Part shown: in pieces, positions 1 through 7,899 of the stretch
Layout of the letters: each line of letters starts with the position of its first letter
How positions within the stretch are numbered: the first letter of the stretch is position 1
Assembly (NCBI GenBank): GCA_913062865.1
Contig: CAJXWO010000001.1
Coordinates: 39,646-103,645 of the forward strand
Length of the DNA stretch: 64,000 nucleotides
Reading direction: 5' to 3'
Source: an uncultured Rhodobacteraceae bacterium
Lineage (GTDB): Bacteria > Pseudomonadota > Alphaproteobacteria > Rhodobacterales > Rhodobacteraceae
Position numbers and translations under genes: made by a program
Notes under the pieces: model-generated
Told to the model about the DNA's origin: nothing
Databases searched by the model: none
What the model saw: only the letters and a program-made list of their open reading frames with translations

Positions 1-1050
1 ATCTACGCGGTTGTGGCGCTGGCGCTGGCGCTGTTCAGCTACAACAAGGGTCTGCCGCTGACGATCCGTTCGGCCTTTTACCCGATCCTGGGCGACCGTG
101 TCTGGGGCTGGTGGGGCCATATCATCGACACGCTGGCGGTGTTTGCCACGCTGTTCGGCCTGGCCACATCGCTCGGGTTCGGCGCGACGCAGGCGACGGC
201 CGGTCTGAACGAGCTCTTCGGCGTGCCGACCGGATCGACCACCGAGGTCATCTTGATTTCGGCCATCACCGCCGTGGCGCTGGTGTCGGTCATGCGTGGT
301 CTGGACGGCGGGGTGAAGGTCCTGTCCGAGATCAACATGGGCCTTGCCGCGCTTCTGTTGCTGTTCGTGCTCTTCGCTGGGCCGACGGTCGCGATCATGA
401 CTGGCTTCGTCGACTACCTGGCGGCCTATCTGCAGTACCTGCCGGCACTGTCGAATCCGCTTGGCCGCGAGGACGTGAACTTCAGCCAGGGCTGGACCTC
501 GTTCTACTGGGCGTGGTGGATCAGCTGGTCGCCCTTCGTGGGCATGTTCATCGCCCGCGTGAGCCGTGGCCGGACCGTGCGCGAGTTCATCATCTGCGTG
601 CTGCTGATCCCGTCGCTGGTCTGCGTGCTGTGGATGTCGGTCTTTGGCGGCGTGGCGATCCAGCAGGTCATCCTTGACGGCTACACCGCCGCGCAGGAGG
701 CCCCGCTCGAGCTGAAGCTGTTCAAGATGCTGGACGAACTGCCGCTGACCTCGATCACGTCCTTTATCGGGATCGTTCTGGTCATCGTGTTCTTCGTGAC
801 CTCGTCGGACTCGGGCAGCCTGGTGATCGACACGATCACCGCAGGCGGCAAGGTCGACGCACCGGTGACCCAGCGGGTCTTCTGGTGCACCTTCGAAGGT
901 GCCGTCGCCATCGTGCTGCTTCTGTCGGCCGGTGGTCTGGCCTCGCTTCAGTCGATGGTCATTTCGACGGGTCTGCCGTTCACGGTGGTGCTTCTGGTGA
1001 TGTGCTGGGCCATCTACAGCGGTCTGGCCAGCGAACGCCGCAACACCTGA
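1..1050 (+). CDS. BCCT-family (betaine/carnitine/choline) transporter, C-terminal part; 5' end lies outside the window
   Basis: The frame is open from base 1. It contains the BCCT signature stretch WTSFYWAWWISWSPFVGMFIARVSRGRTVREF and several hydrophobic helices. Confidence 0.85.
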   Translation: MYAVVALALALFSYNKGLPLTIRSAFYPILGDRVWGWWGHIIDTLAVFATLFGLATSLGFGATQATAGLNELFGVPTGSTTEVILISAITAVALVSVMRGLDGGVKVLSEINMGLAALLLLFVLFAGPTVAIMTGFVDYLAAYLQYLPALSNPLGREDVNFSQGWTSFYWAWWISWSPFVGMFIARVSRGRTVREFIICVLLIPSLVCVLWMSVFGGVAIQQVILDGYTAAQEAPLELKLFKMLDELPLTSITSFIGIVLVIVFFVTSSDSGSLVIDTITAGGKVDAPVTQRVFWCTFEGAVAIVLLLSAGGLASLQSMVISTGLPFTVVLLVMCWAIYSGLASERRNT

Positions 1051-1069
1051 TCCCGTCGCAAACGATTGG

Positions 1070-1098
1070 AAAGGCCCCGGTTTTCCGGGGCCTTTTTG
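1070..1098 (+). terminator. Rho-independent terminator after the BCCT gene
   Basis: GGCCCCGG-TTTT-CCGGGGCC stem-loop followed by TTTTT, 20 nt after the stop codon. Confidence 0.75.
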
Positions 1099-1170
1099 GT
1101 GCGGGGCTTCTTGACCGTATGCTGAAACGGCGTTTTCCTGCGCGCCGAACACCCTAACCGGAGCCGTCCC

Positions 1171-2394
1171 ATGGCGCTTGATACCTCCTTCGTCCGGTCC
1201 CAGTTCCCGGCCTTTTCCGAACCGGGCCTTGCCGGGGCGGCCTTTTTCGAGAATGCGGGCGGCTCTTATGTCTGCCAGCAGGTCATCGACCGGCTGACGC
1301 GGTTCTATACCGCGCGCAAGATGCAGCCCTATGGGCCCTACAGCCCCAGCCGCGAAGGCGGCGAAGAGATGGACGAGGCCCGCACGCGCCTTGCCGCGAT
1401 GATGGGGGTCGAGACCGAGGAGCTGAGCTTTGGCCCCTCGACCACGCAGAACACCTATGTGCTGGCCCGCGCCTTTGCCCAGTGGCTCAAGCCCGGTGAT
1501 GCAATCATCGTGACGAACCAGGATCACGAGGCCAATACCGGCCCTTGGCGGCGTCTGGCCGACGAGGGGATCGAGGTGCGCGAATGGGGCATCGAGCCCA
1601 CGATAGGCCACCTTGACCCCGAACGCCTCGAGGGGCTTCTGGACGAACGTGTGCGGCTGGTCTGCTTTCCGCACTGTTCGAACGTGGTGGCCGAGATCAA
1701 CCCGGTGGCCGAGATCACGGCCATGGCCCATGCTGCCGGGGCATTCGTCTGCGTCGACGGGGTCAGCTATGCGCCCCACGGCCTGCCGGATGTGGGCCGC
1801 ATGGGAGCCGATATCTACCTGTTCTCCACCTACAAGACCTACGGGCCACACCAGGGTGCCATGGTGATCCGTCGCGCCCTGGGCGAGCTGCTGCCGAACC
1901 AGGGGCACTTCTTCAACGCAGGAACGCTCTACAAGCGTTTCACGCCCGCCGGGCCCGACCATGCCCAGATCGCCGCCTGCGCGGGCATCGCGGACTATTT
2001 CGACGCGGTGGCCCAAGCCCATGGCGTGACCGCCGACAGGCGGTCGGACCGGGCGGCATCGGTGCATGACCTGATGCGCGACCACGAAACCGCGCTGTTG
2101 CAGCCGCTGCTGGACTATCTGGCTGACCGCAACGACCTGCGCCTGCTGGGGCCGAAGTGGGCCGAGGGGCGCGCGCCCACGGTGGCGGTGTCGCTCAAGG
2201 GCGATCTGCACGAGATCGTGGCGGCCTTGGGTGCCAAGGGCATCCTGATCGGCGGCAGCGATTTCTACGCGGTGCGCCCGCTACAAGCGATGGGCATCGA
2301 CCCCGAGTGTGGGGTGCTGCGCATGAGTTTCGTACATTACACCACCGAGGACGAGGTCAACCGGCTGATCGCGGCGCTGGACGAAATCCTTTGA
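1171..2394 (+). CDS. Class V aminotransferase-fold PLP enzyme (cysteine desulfurase/SufS-like superfamily)
   Basis: 407 aa. Has the typical layout: NAGGSY near the N terminus, a HCSNV(V)AEINP block, and FSTYKTYGP where the PLP lysine would sit. Confidence 0.7.
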   Translation: MALDTSFVRSQFPAFSEPGLAGAAFFENAGGSYVCQQVIDRLTRFYTARKMQPYGPYSPSREGGEEMDEARTRLAAMMGVETEELSFGPSTTQNTYVLARAFAQWLKPGDAIIVTNQDHEANTGPWRRLADEGIEVREWGIEPTIGHLDPERLEGLLDERVRLVCFPHCSNVVAEINPVAEITAMAHAAGAFVCVDGVSYAPHGLPDVGRMGADIYLFSTYKTYGPHQGAMVIRRALGELLPNQGHFFNAGTLYKRFTPAGPDHAQIAACAGIADYFDAVAQAHGVTADRRSDRAASVHDLMRDHETALLQPLLDYLADRNDLRLLGPKWAEGRAPTVAVSLKGDLHEIVAALGAKGILIGGSDFYAVRPLQAMGIDPECGVLRMSFVHYTTEDEVNRLIAALDEIL

Positions 2395-2472
2395 GCGTCC
2401 GCCTTTGATCTTTCGGCCAGCGGGCTAGGTTTGGCAAAACAAAAGACCCAAGCAAGAACCCGAGGGCGACCG

Positions 2473-3894
2473 GTGTCCGACAATTCTCCCATCCTGATTT
2501 GGTTCCGCCGCGATTTGCGGCTGAGCGATAACCCCGCGCTGTCTGCCGCCTGCGAGACGGGCCGCCCTGTGATCCCGGTCACGATCCGCGACGGGCTGGT
2601 CGATGGGCTGGGGGCGGCGCCGAAATGGCGGCTGGGCCTTGGCCTGAAGGCGTTGAACGATTCACTGCGCGACAAGGGCAGCCAACTGGTCTTTCGCTCG
2701 GGCGACGCACTGTCGGTTCTGCGCGCACTTATCGAAGAGACCGGGGCAGGGGCAGTCTACTGGTCGCGGCTTTACGATCCGGACGCGGTGGAGCGCGACA
2801 CCCGGATCAAGGCCGCGCTGAAAGAGCAAGGGATCGACGCGCGCAGCTTCGGCGGTCATCTGATGTTCGAGCCCTGGACGGTGGAGACCAAGACCGGCGG
2901 TTTCTACAAGGTCTACACGCCCATGTGGCGCGCGGTGAAGGATCGCGACGTGGCCGCGCCGCTGACGACCCCCGGCACGATCCCGGCGCCCGACAGCTGG
3001 CCCGAAAGCGATTATCTGGACGACTGGCGGATGGGCCACGCCATGCAGCGGGGTGCAGACATTGTCCGCCCCTTCGTGCAACTGGGCGAACGTGCGGCCC
3101 AGGACCGGCTGGGCGTTTTCATGCGCGACTGGGTCGACGCCTATGACACCAACCGCGATCGGCCTGCGGTGGCGGGCACCTCGAACCTGTCGGAGAACCT
3201 GGCCCTTGGCGAGATCAGCCCGCACCAGTGCTGGCACGCGGGCCTGCGCGCGCGGGAGGAGGGCAAGGCGGGGGCCGAGATCTTTCTGAAAGAGCTGGTC
3301 TGGCGCGAGTTCGCCTATCACCTGATGCATCACACGCCACGGATCACGACCCGGAACTGGAAAGAGGATTGGGACGCCTTTCCGTGGAACGAGGACGAGC
3401 GCCTGAAAGAGGTGATCGCCTGGAAACGGGCACGTACCGGCATTCCCTTTGTCGATGCGGCCCTGCGCGAGATGTATGTGACCGGCCGGATGCACAACCG
3501 CGGCCGCATGATCGTGGCGAGCTACCTGACCAAGCACCTGATGTGCCATTGGAAGATCGGGATGCGGTGGTTCGAGGACTGCCTGATCGACTGGGACCCG
3601 GCCTCGAACGCGATGGGCTGGCAATGGTCCGCCGGGTCGGGGCCCGACGCCACGCCCTATTTCCGCGTCTTCAACCCGGTCACGCAGCTCGACAAGTTCG
3701 ACCCGAACCGGGATTACGTCAGCCGCTGGATCGCCGAAGGCTATGACAGTCCGTCCAAGGACGCGCTGGCCTATTTCGACGCGATCCCCGAAAGCTGGGC
3801 CATGACGCCAAAGGATACGTATCCCGAGCCCGTCGTGACCCCGGACGAGGGCCGCAAGCGGGCGTTGGACGCGTATGAAAACCGGGACTTCTAG
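2473..3894 (+). CDS. phr: Deoxyribodipyrimidine photolyase (cryptochrome/photolyase family)
   Basis: IWFRRDLRLSDNPAL N-terminal motif, WREFAYHL, and TGIPFVDAALREMYVTGRMHNRGRMIVASYL FAD-binding blocks. The start is uncertain: GTG 2473 follows GAGGG, and the longest ORF starts at TTG 2431. Confidence 0.85.
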   Translation: MSDNSPILIWFRRDLRLSDNPALSAACETGRPVIPVTIRDGLVDGLGAAPKWRLGLGLKALNDSLRDKGSQLVFRSGDALSVLRALIEETGAGAVYWSRLYDPDAVERDTRIKAALKEQGIDARSFGGHLMFEPWTVETKTGGFYKVYTPMWRAVKDRDVAAPLTTPGTIPAPDSWPESDYLDDWRMGHAMQRGADIVRPFVQLGERAAQDRLGVFMRDWVDAYDTNRDRPAVAGTSNLSENLALGEISPHQCWHAGLRAREEGKAGAEIFLKELVWREFAYHLMHHTPRITTRNWKEDWDAFPWNEDERLKEVIAWKRARTGIPFVDAALREMYVTGRMHNRGRMIVASYLTKHLMCHWKIGMRWFEDCLIDWDPASNAMGWQWSAGSGPDATPYFRVFNPVTQLDKFDPNRDYVSRWIAEGYDSPSKDALAYFDAIPESWAMTPKDTYPEPVVTPDEGRKRALDAYENRDF

Positions 3895-3972
3895 GACAAT
3901 CTTAACCTTCGCGCTTGTCTGTACGTCACGGCCGTGGCTAGCTAAGCGCAAGGAAAACAGGGAAAACACCAT

Positions 3973-5181
3973 ATGATCCTGACCACGACCGAGGGCCAAT
4001 CGGACCTGCCACGGTATTTCGCTCGCGTTTTCGCGGCTGCTTGCGAGATGAACAGGGGACGCTTGGACTTCGTACTGCCCGACGGGCGGCGGTTCCGGGC
4101 CGAGGGGCGTAACCCGGGACCCATCGCGGAACTCGTGATCCACAACCCCGAGATCTTTGCGCGGCTCATCCGCGAAGGCGATCTTGGTTTCAGCGATGCC
4201 TATCTCGACGAATGGTGGAGCACGCCCGATCTGCAAGCCTTCATGGATCTCGTGCACGCAGACAATGACGAGCTTTACGACGGGTTCCCGGGCATGGGCA
4301 TGGTGCGCGCCTATGAAAAACTGCGTTTTTGGCTGCAGTCGAACTCCAAGCGGCAGGCGCGCAAGAACATCAGCTACCATTACGACCTGGGCAATGATTT
4401 CTACGGGCTGTGGCTCGACGACACGATGACCTATTCCTCGGCCCTGTTCGAGACCGGGCAGGAAAGCCTGGAACGCGCACAGATTGCCAAATACGCCAGC
4501 ATGGTCGACCAGATGGGCGCCAAGCCCGGCGATCATGTGCTGGAGATCGGCTGCGGCTGGGGGGGCTTCGCGGAATATGCCGCCAAGGAGCGCGGCCTGC
4601 GCGTCACGGGCCTGACGATCAGCCGGGAACAGTTCAACTATGCCCAGCAGCGCATTGAAAAGGCGGGCCTTTCGGATCTGGTCGATTTCAAGCTGCAGGA
4701 TTACCGCGACGAGCGCGGCACCTATGACGGCATCGCCTCGATCGAGATGTTCGAGGCCGTGGGCGAGAAATACTGGCCCACCTATTTCAACGCCGTCCGC
4801 GACCGGCTGCGCCCCGGGGCCAATGCCACGCTGCAGATCATCACCGTGCAGGACCGCCGTTGGGAGACCTATCGCCGGGGCGTCGATTTCATCCAGAAAT
4901 ACATCTTTCCGGGCGGCATGCTGCCCAGCCCCAAGGCGCTGCGCGCCGAGGTCGAACGCGCGGGCCTGACCGTCGCCCGCTCAGTCGAGTTCGGCGAAAG
5001 CTACAGCCAGACGCTGCGGCGCTGGCATGACGTCTTCAACGACCGCTGGGATGAGGTGCGCGGTCTGGGCTTCGACGACCGGTTCCGGCGCATGTGGAAC
5101 TTCTACCTGACCTCTTGTGCGGCCACCTTTCATAGCGGAAACTGCGACGTGACGCAGATCACGATCACAAGACCCACCTGA
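3973..5181 (+). CDS. cfa: Cyclopropane-fatty-acyl-phospholipid synthase-type SAM methyltransferase
   Basis: YDLGNDFY, VLEIGCGWGGFAEYAA (SAM motif I), SIEMFEAVG and FIQKYIFPGG blocks. Confidence 0.85.
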   Translation: MILTTTEGQSDLPRYFARVFAAACEMNRGRLDFVLPDGRRFRAEGRNPGPIAELVIHNPEIFARLIREGDLGFSDAYLDEWWSTPDLQAFMDLVHADNDELYDGFPGMGMVRAYEKLRFWLQSNSKRQARKNISYHYDLGNDFYGLWLDDTMTYSSALFETGQESLERAQIAKYASMVDQMGAKPGDHVLEIGCGWGGFAEYAAKERGLRVTGLTISREQFNYAQQRIEKAGLSDLVDFKLQDYRDERGTYDGIASIEMFEAVGEKYWPTYFNAVRDRLRPGANATLQIITVQDRRWETYRRGVDFIQKYIFPGGMLPSPKALRAEVERAGLTVARSVEFGESYSQTLRRWHDVFNDRWDEVRGLGFDDRFRRMWNFYLTSCAATFHSGNCDVTQITITRPT

Positions 5182-5621
5182 TGCCCACAGCCGCCCGCCT
5201 TGTCGGTGCTCTCAGCCTCGACCTTCTGGGCTATGCCGTGTCGGAGATGATCATCGACGTTATGGTGTGGCGGTCCGAATTCGGCTGGTTCATTCCCCTG
5301 AACGTCGCGCTTGGCGCGGTTTTCGGCTGGCGCACGATCGGGGGGAATGTGGGCCACGGCATGCGCGAGGCGATCAGCAGCGGCATCGGGGCCTTGGTGC
5401 TCATGGTGCTGACCGCGCTTTTCCTGCAATCGGGCAACATGATGATCGCCAAGTCGATGGACCGCCGCTATGACGGGCCCTTCGAGGCGGTGCTGGACAT
5501 CGCCGTGATCGGTTACGAGAATTTCCTGATCATGGCCGAGCCGCAGATCCTGGGGGCCCTGGTGGCGGGGGCCATCCTGTGCGGCACCCTCGCTGAATGG
5601 GCGTCGCGTCGCCGGAGATAA
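5181..5621 (+). CDS. trgA: Small integral membrane protein, TrgA-like (tellurite-resistance locus protein)
   Basis: 146 aa with about 4 hydrophobic segments. Its start overlaps the cfa stop (TGATG). Its position between cfa and a Nudix gene followed by cysK matches the trg locus described in R. sphaeroides; the family assignment is by synteny only. Confidence 0.55.
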   Translation: MPTAARLVGALSLDLLGYAVSEMIIDVMVWRSEFGWFIPLNVALGAVFGWRTIGGNVGHGMREAISSGIGALVLMVLTALFLQSGNMMIAKSMDRRYDGPFEAVLDIAVIGYENFLIMAEPQILGALVAGAILCGTLAEWASRRRR

Positions 5622-5626
5622 CCCCT

Positions 5627-6778
5627 GTGTCCGATCCCCTGTTCCTCTATGGTACGCTGTGCCATCCGCCGCTGTTGCGGATCGTGCTCGGCCGCGATGC
5701 GGAGACCCGGCCCGCGTGTCTTTCGGGGCATCGGGTCATGTGGGTCGAAAACGCGGCCTTTCCCGTGATCGAGCCCTGCGAGGGCGGCGTGGCAGAGGGC
5801 CTGTTGCTCAGCGGTTTGACCAAGGCGGACATGGCGCGGCTCGATTTCTACGAAGGGGGGTACGGCTACCGCACCCATGCCGTGACCGTCACCACCGAAA
5901 CCGGGCCCTGCGCGTCGCGGGTCTACATGCCCGAGCCGGGCCGCTTCACGGCGGCGGCGCCGTGGTCGCTCTCAGACTGGGTGCGGCAGTGGGGGGCGCT
6001 GACCTGCCGCGCCGCAGAGGAGGCGATGGGTTACATGGGCCGCAAGACGCCCGAGGAGCTGGCCGCCATCTTTCCCGCGATCCGGACGCGGGCCGCGGCG
6101 TGGCTTGCAGGGAAGGCCGAGAACCGGACCGGTGGCGGGCTGACCATGCCGCCCGCGGGCCGGCCGGTCGAAACCCGCGATTTGCGGCGGCCCTATGCCG
6201 CGTTCTTCGCCATCGAGGAACACGACCTGGTCGTGCCACGCTTTGCGGACCGTCCCCCGGTCGAGATGCGCCGGGCGGTGTTCATGAGCGCCGACGCGGC
6301 GCTGGTGCTGCCCTACGATCCCGCCACGGACCGGGTGCTTGTGACCGAGCAGTTCCGCGCAGGGCCCCACGCACGCGGCGAGGCCCAGGCCTGGACGCTC
6401 GAGCCCGTCGCAGGCCGCGTCGACCCGGGCGAAACCCCCGAGGCGGCGGCCCATCGCGAAGGGGCCGAAGAGGCGGGCCTGACCTTTCGGGCCCTGATCC
6501 CGGTGTCGCGATGCTATCCGTCGCCGGGCGCGTCGAGCGAATATTACCACCTCTTCCTGGGCCTCACCGACCTTCCCGAGGCGACCGACCATATCGGCGG
6601 GCTTGCGGGCGAGGGCGAAGATATCCGCAGCCATGTGTTTGACGCCACGCGGTTCATCGAGATGTGCGACACGGGGCGGATCTGGGTCGCGCCGCTCGTG
6701 CTTATGGGCCATTGGCTGGCCCGCCACCGCGATGGGTTGCGCGCCCAGGCATCTGCGACCGTTGCCACGAAACCGTGA
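5627..6778 (+). CDS. trgB: Fusion of a gamma-glutamylcyclotransferase-like (AIG2/GGACT) domain and a Nudix ADP-ribose pyrophosphatase domain, TrgB-like
   Basis: N terminus: LFLYGTL...FPVIEP...LDFYEGGYGY. C terminus: Nudix box GRVDPGETPEAAAHREGAEEAGL. GTG 5627 follows GGAGA; the longest ORF starts at 5597. Confidence 0.7.
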   Translation: MSDPLFLYGTLCHPPLLRIVLGRDAETRPACLSGHRVMWVENAAFPVIEPCEGGVAEGLLLSGLTKADMARLDFYEGGYGYRTHAVTVTTETGPCASRVYMPEPGRFTAAAPWSLSDWVRQWGALTCRAAEEAMGYMGRKTPEELAAIFPAIRTRAAAWLAGKAENRTGGGLTMPPAGRPVETRDLRRPYAAFFAIEEHDLVVPRFADRPPVEMRRAVFMSADAALVLPYDPATDRVLVTEQFRAGPHARGEAQAWTLEPVAGRVDPGETPEAAAHREGAEEAGLTFRALIPVSRCYPSPGASSEYYHLFLGLTDLPEATDHIGGLAGEGEDIRSHVFDATRFIEMCDTGRIWVAPLVLMGHWLARHRDGLRAQASATVATKP

Positions 6779-6864
6779 CCGACCGGTGCCCGTCGCTTGA
6801 AGCCCGAAGAGTGGGGCCGTACACCTGAGGGACACGCGACAGGACCATGACGAAGGAACATTCC

Positions 6865-7899
6865 ATGCGCATCGCAAGCGACCTGGCCGAGGCCGTCGGC
6901 AACACGCCCCTGATCAAGCTGCGGCGCGCCAGCGAAGAGACCGGCTGCGAGATCCTGGGCAAGGCGGAGTTCATGAACCCCGGTCAGTCGGTCAAGGACC
7001 GCGCGGCGCTGTCGATCATCCGCGACGCGGTCGCGCGCGGCACGCTCGAGCCCGGCGGCACCATCGTCGAAGGGACGGCGGGCAACACGGGCATCGGTCT
7101 TGCGCTTGTGGGCGCGTCGATGGGCTTCAAGACGGTGATCGTCATCCCCGAGACGCAAAGCCAGGAAAAGAAGGACATGCTGCGGCTTGCGGGTGCGCAG
7201 TTGGTGGAGGTGCCGGCGGCGCCCTATCGGAACCCCAACAACTTCGTGCGCTATTCCGAGCGGCTTGCGAACGAGATGGCAAAGGGCTCGAACCGTGGGG
7301 TGATCTGGGCCAACCAGTTTGACAATGTGGCCAACCGGCAGGCCCATATCGAAACGACCGGCCCCGAGATCTGGGACCAGACCGGGGGCAAGGTGGATGG
7401 GTTCATCTGCGCCTGCGGATCGGGCGGCACGCTGGCGGGCGTGGCCATGGCGCTGCAGGACCGCGGCGTGAAGATCGGCTTGGCCGACCCGATGGGCGCC
7501 GCGCTCTACAGCTATTACACCACCGGCGAGCTGGCGTCCGAGGGCAGCTCCATCGCCGAGGGCATCGGCCAGGCGCGGATCACCGCCAACCTGGACGGGC
7601 TCAAGCCCGACATGGCCTACCAGATCCCCGATGACGAGGCACTGCCCATTGTCTTCGACCTGGTGCAGGAAGAAGGGCTGGTGCTCGGCGCGTCCTCGGG
7701 CGTCAACATCGCGGGCGCGATCCGCATGGCGCGCGAGATGGGGCCGGGCCACACCATCGTGACGATCCTGTGCGACTACGGCACGCGCTACCAATCCAAG
7801 CTGTTCAACCCGGATTTCCTGAAGGAGAAGTCTTTGCCCGTTCCCGATTGGCTCGACCAGCGGCCCGCCGACCTGCCGGAGGTCTTCGAGAATGACTGA
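6865..7899 (+). CDS. cysK: Cysteine synthase / O-acetylserine sulfhydrylase family PLP enzyme
   Basis: GNTPLI, NPGQSVKDRAAL (PLP lysine motif), EGTAGNTGIGLA and GSGGTLAG. ATG 6865 follows GAAGGA; an in-frame ATG at 6847 is also possible. Confidence 0.85.
   Translation: MRIASDLAEAVGNTPLIKLRRASEETGCEILGKAEFMNPGQSVKDRAALSIIRDAVARGTLEPGGTIVEGTAGNTGIGLALVGASMGFKTVIVIPETQSQEKKDMLRLAGAQLVEVPAAPYRNPNNFVRYSERLANEMAKGSNRGVIWANQFDNVANRQAHIETTGPEIWDQTGGKVDGFICACGSGGTLAGVAMALQDRGVKIGLADPMGAALYSYYTTGELASEGSSIAEGIGQARITANLDGLKPDMAYQIPDDEALPIVFDLVQEEGLVLGASSGVNIAGAIRMAREMGPGHTIVTILCDYGTRYQSKLFNPDFLKEKSLPVPDWLDQRPADLPEVFEND

Noticed and set aside
2662-4536. 624-aa ORF on the minus strand spanning the photolyase and cfa genes
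   Set aside because: It is antisense to two genes with clear family motifs. Its translation is R/G/A/P/H-rich with no recognisable domain, the typical stop-codon-poor antisense frame of high-GC DNA.
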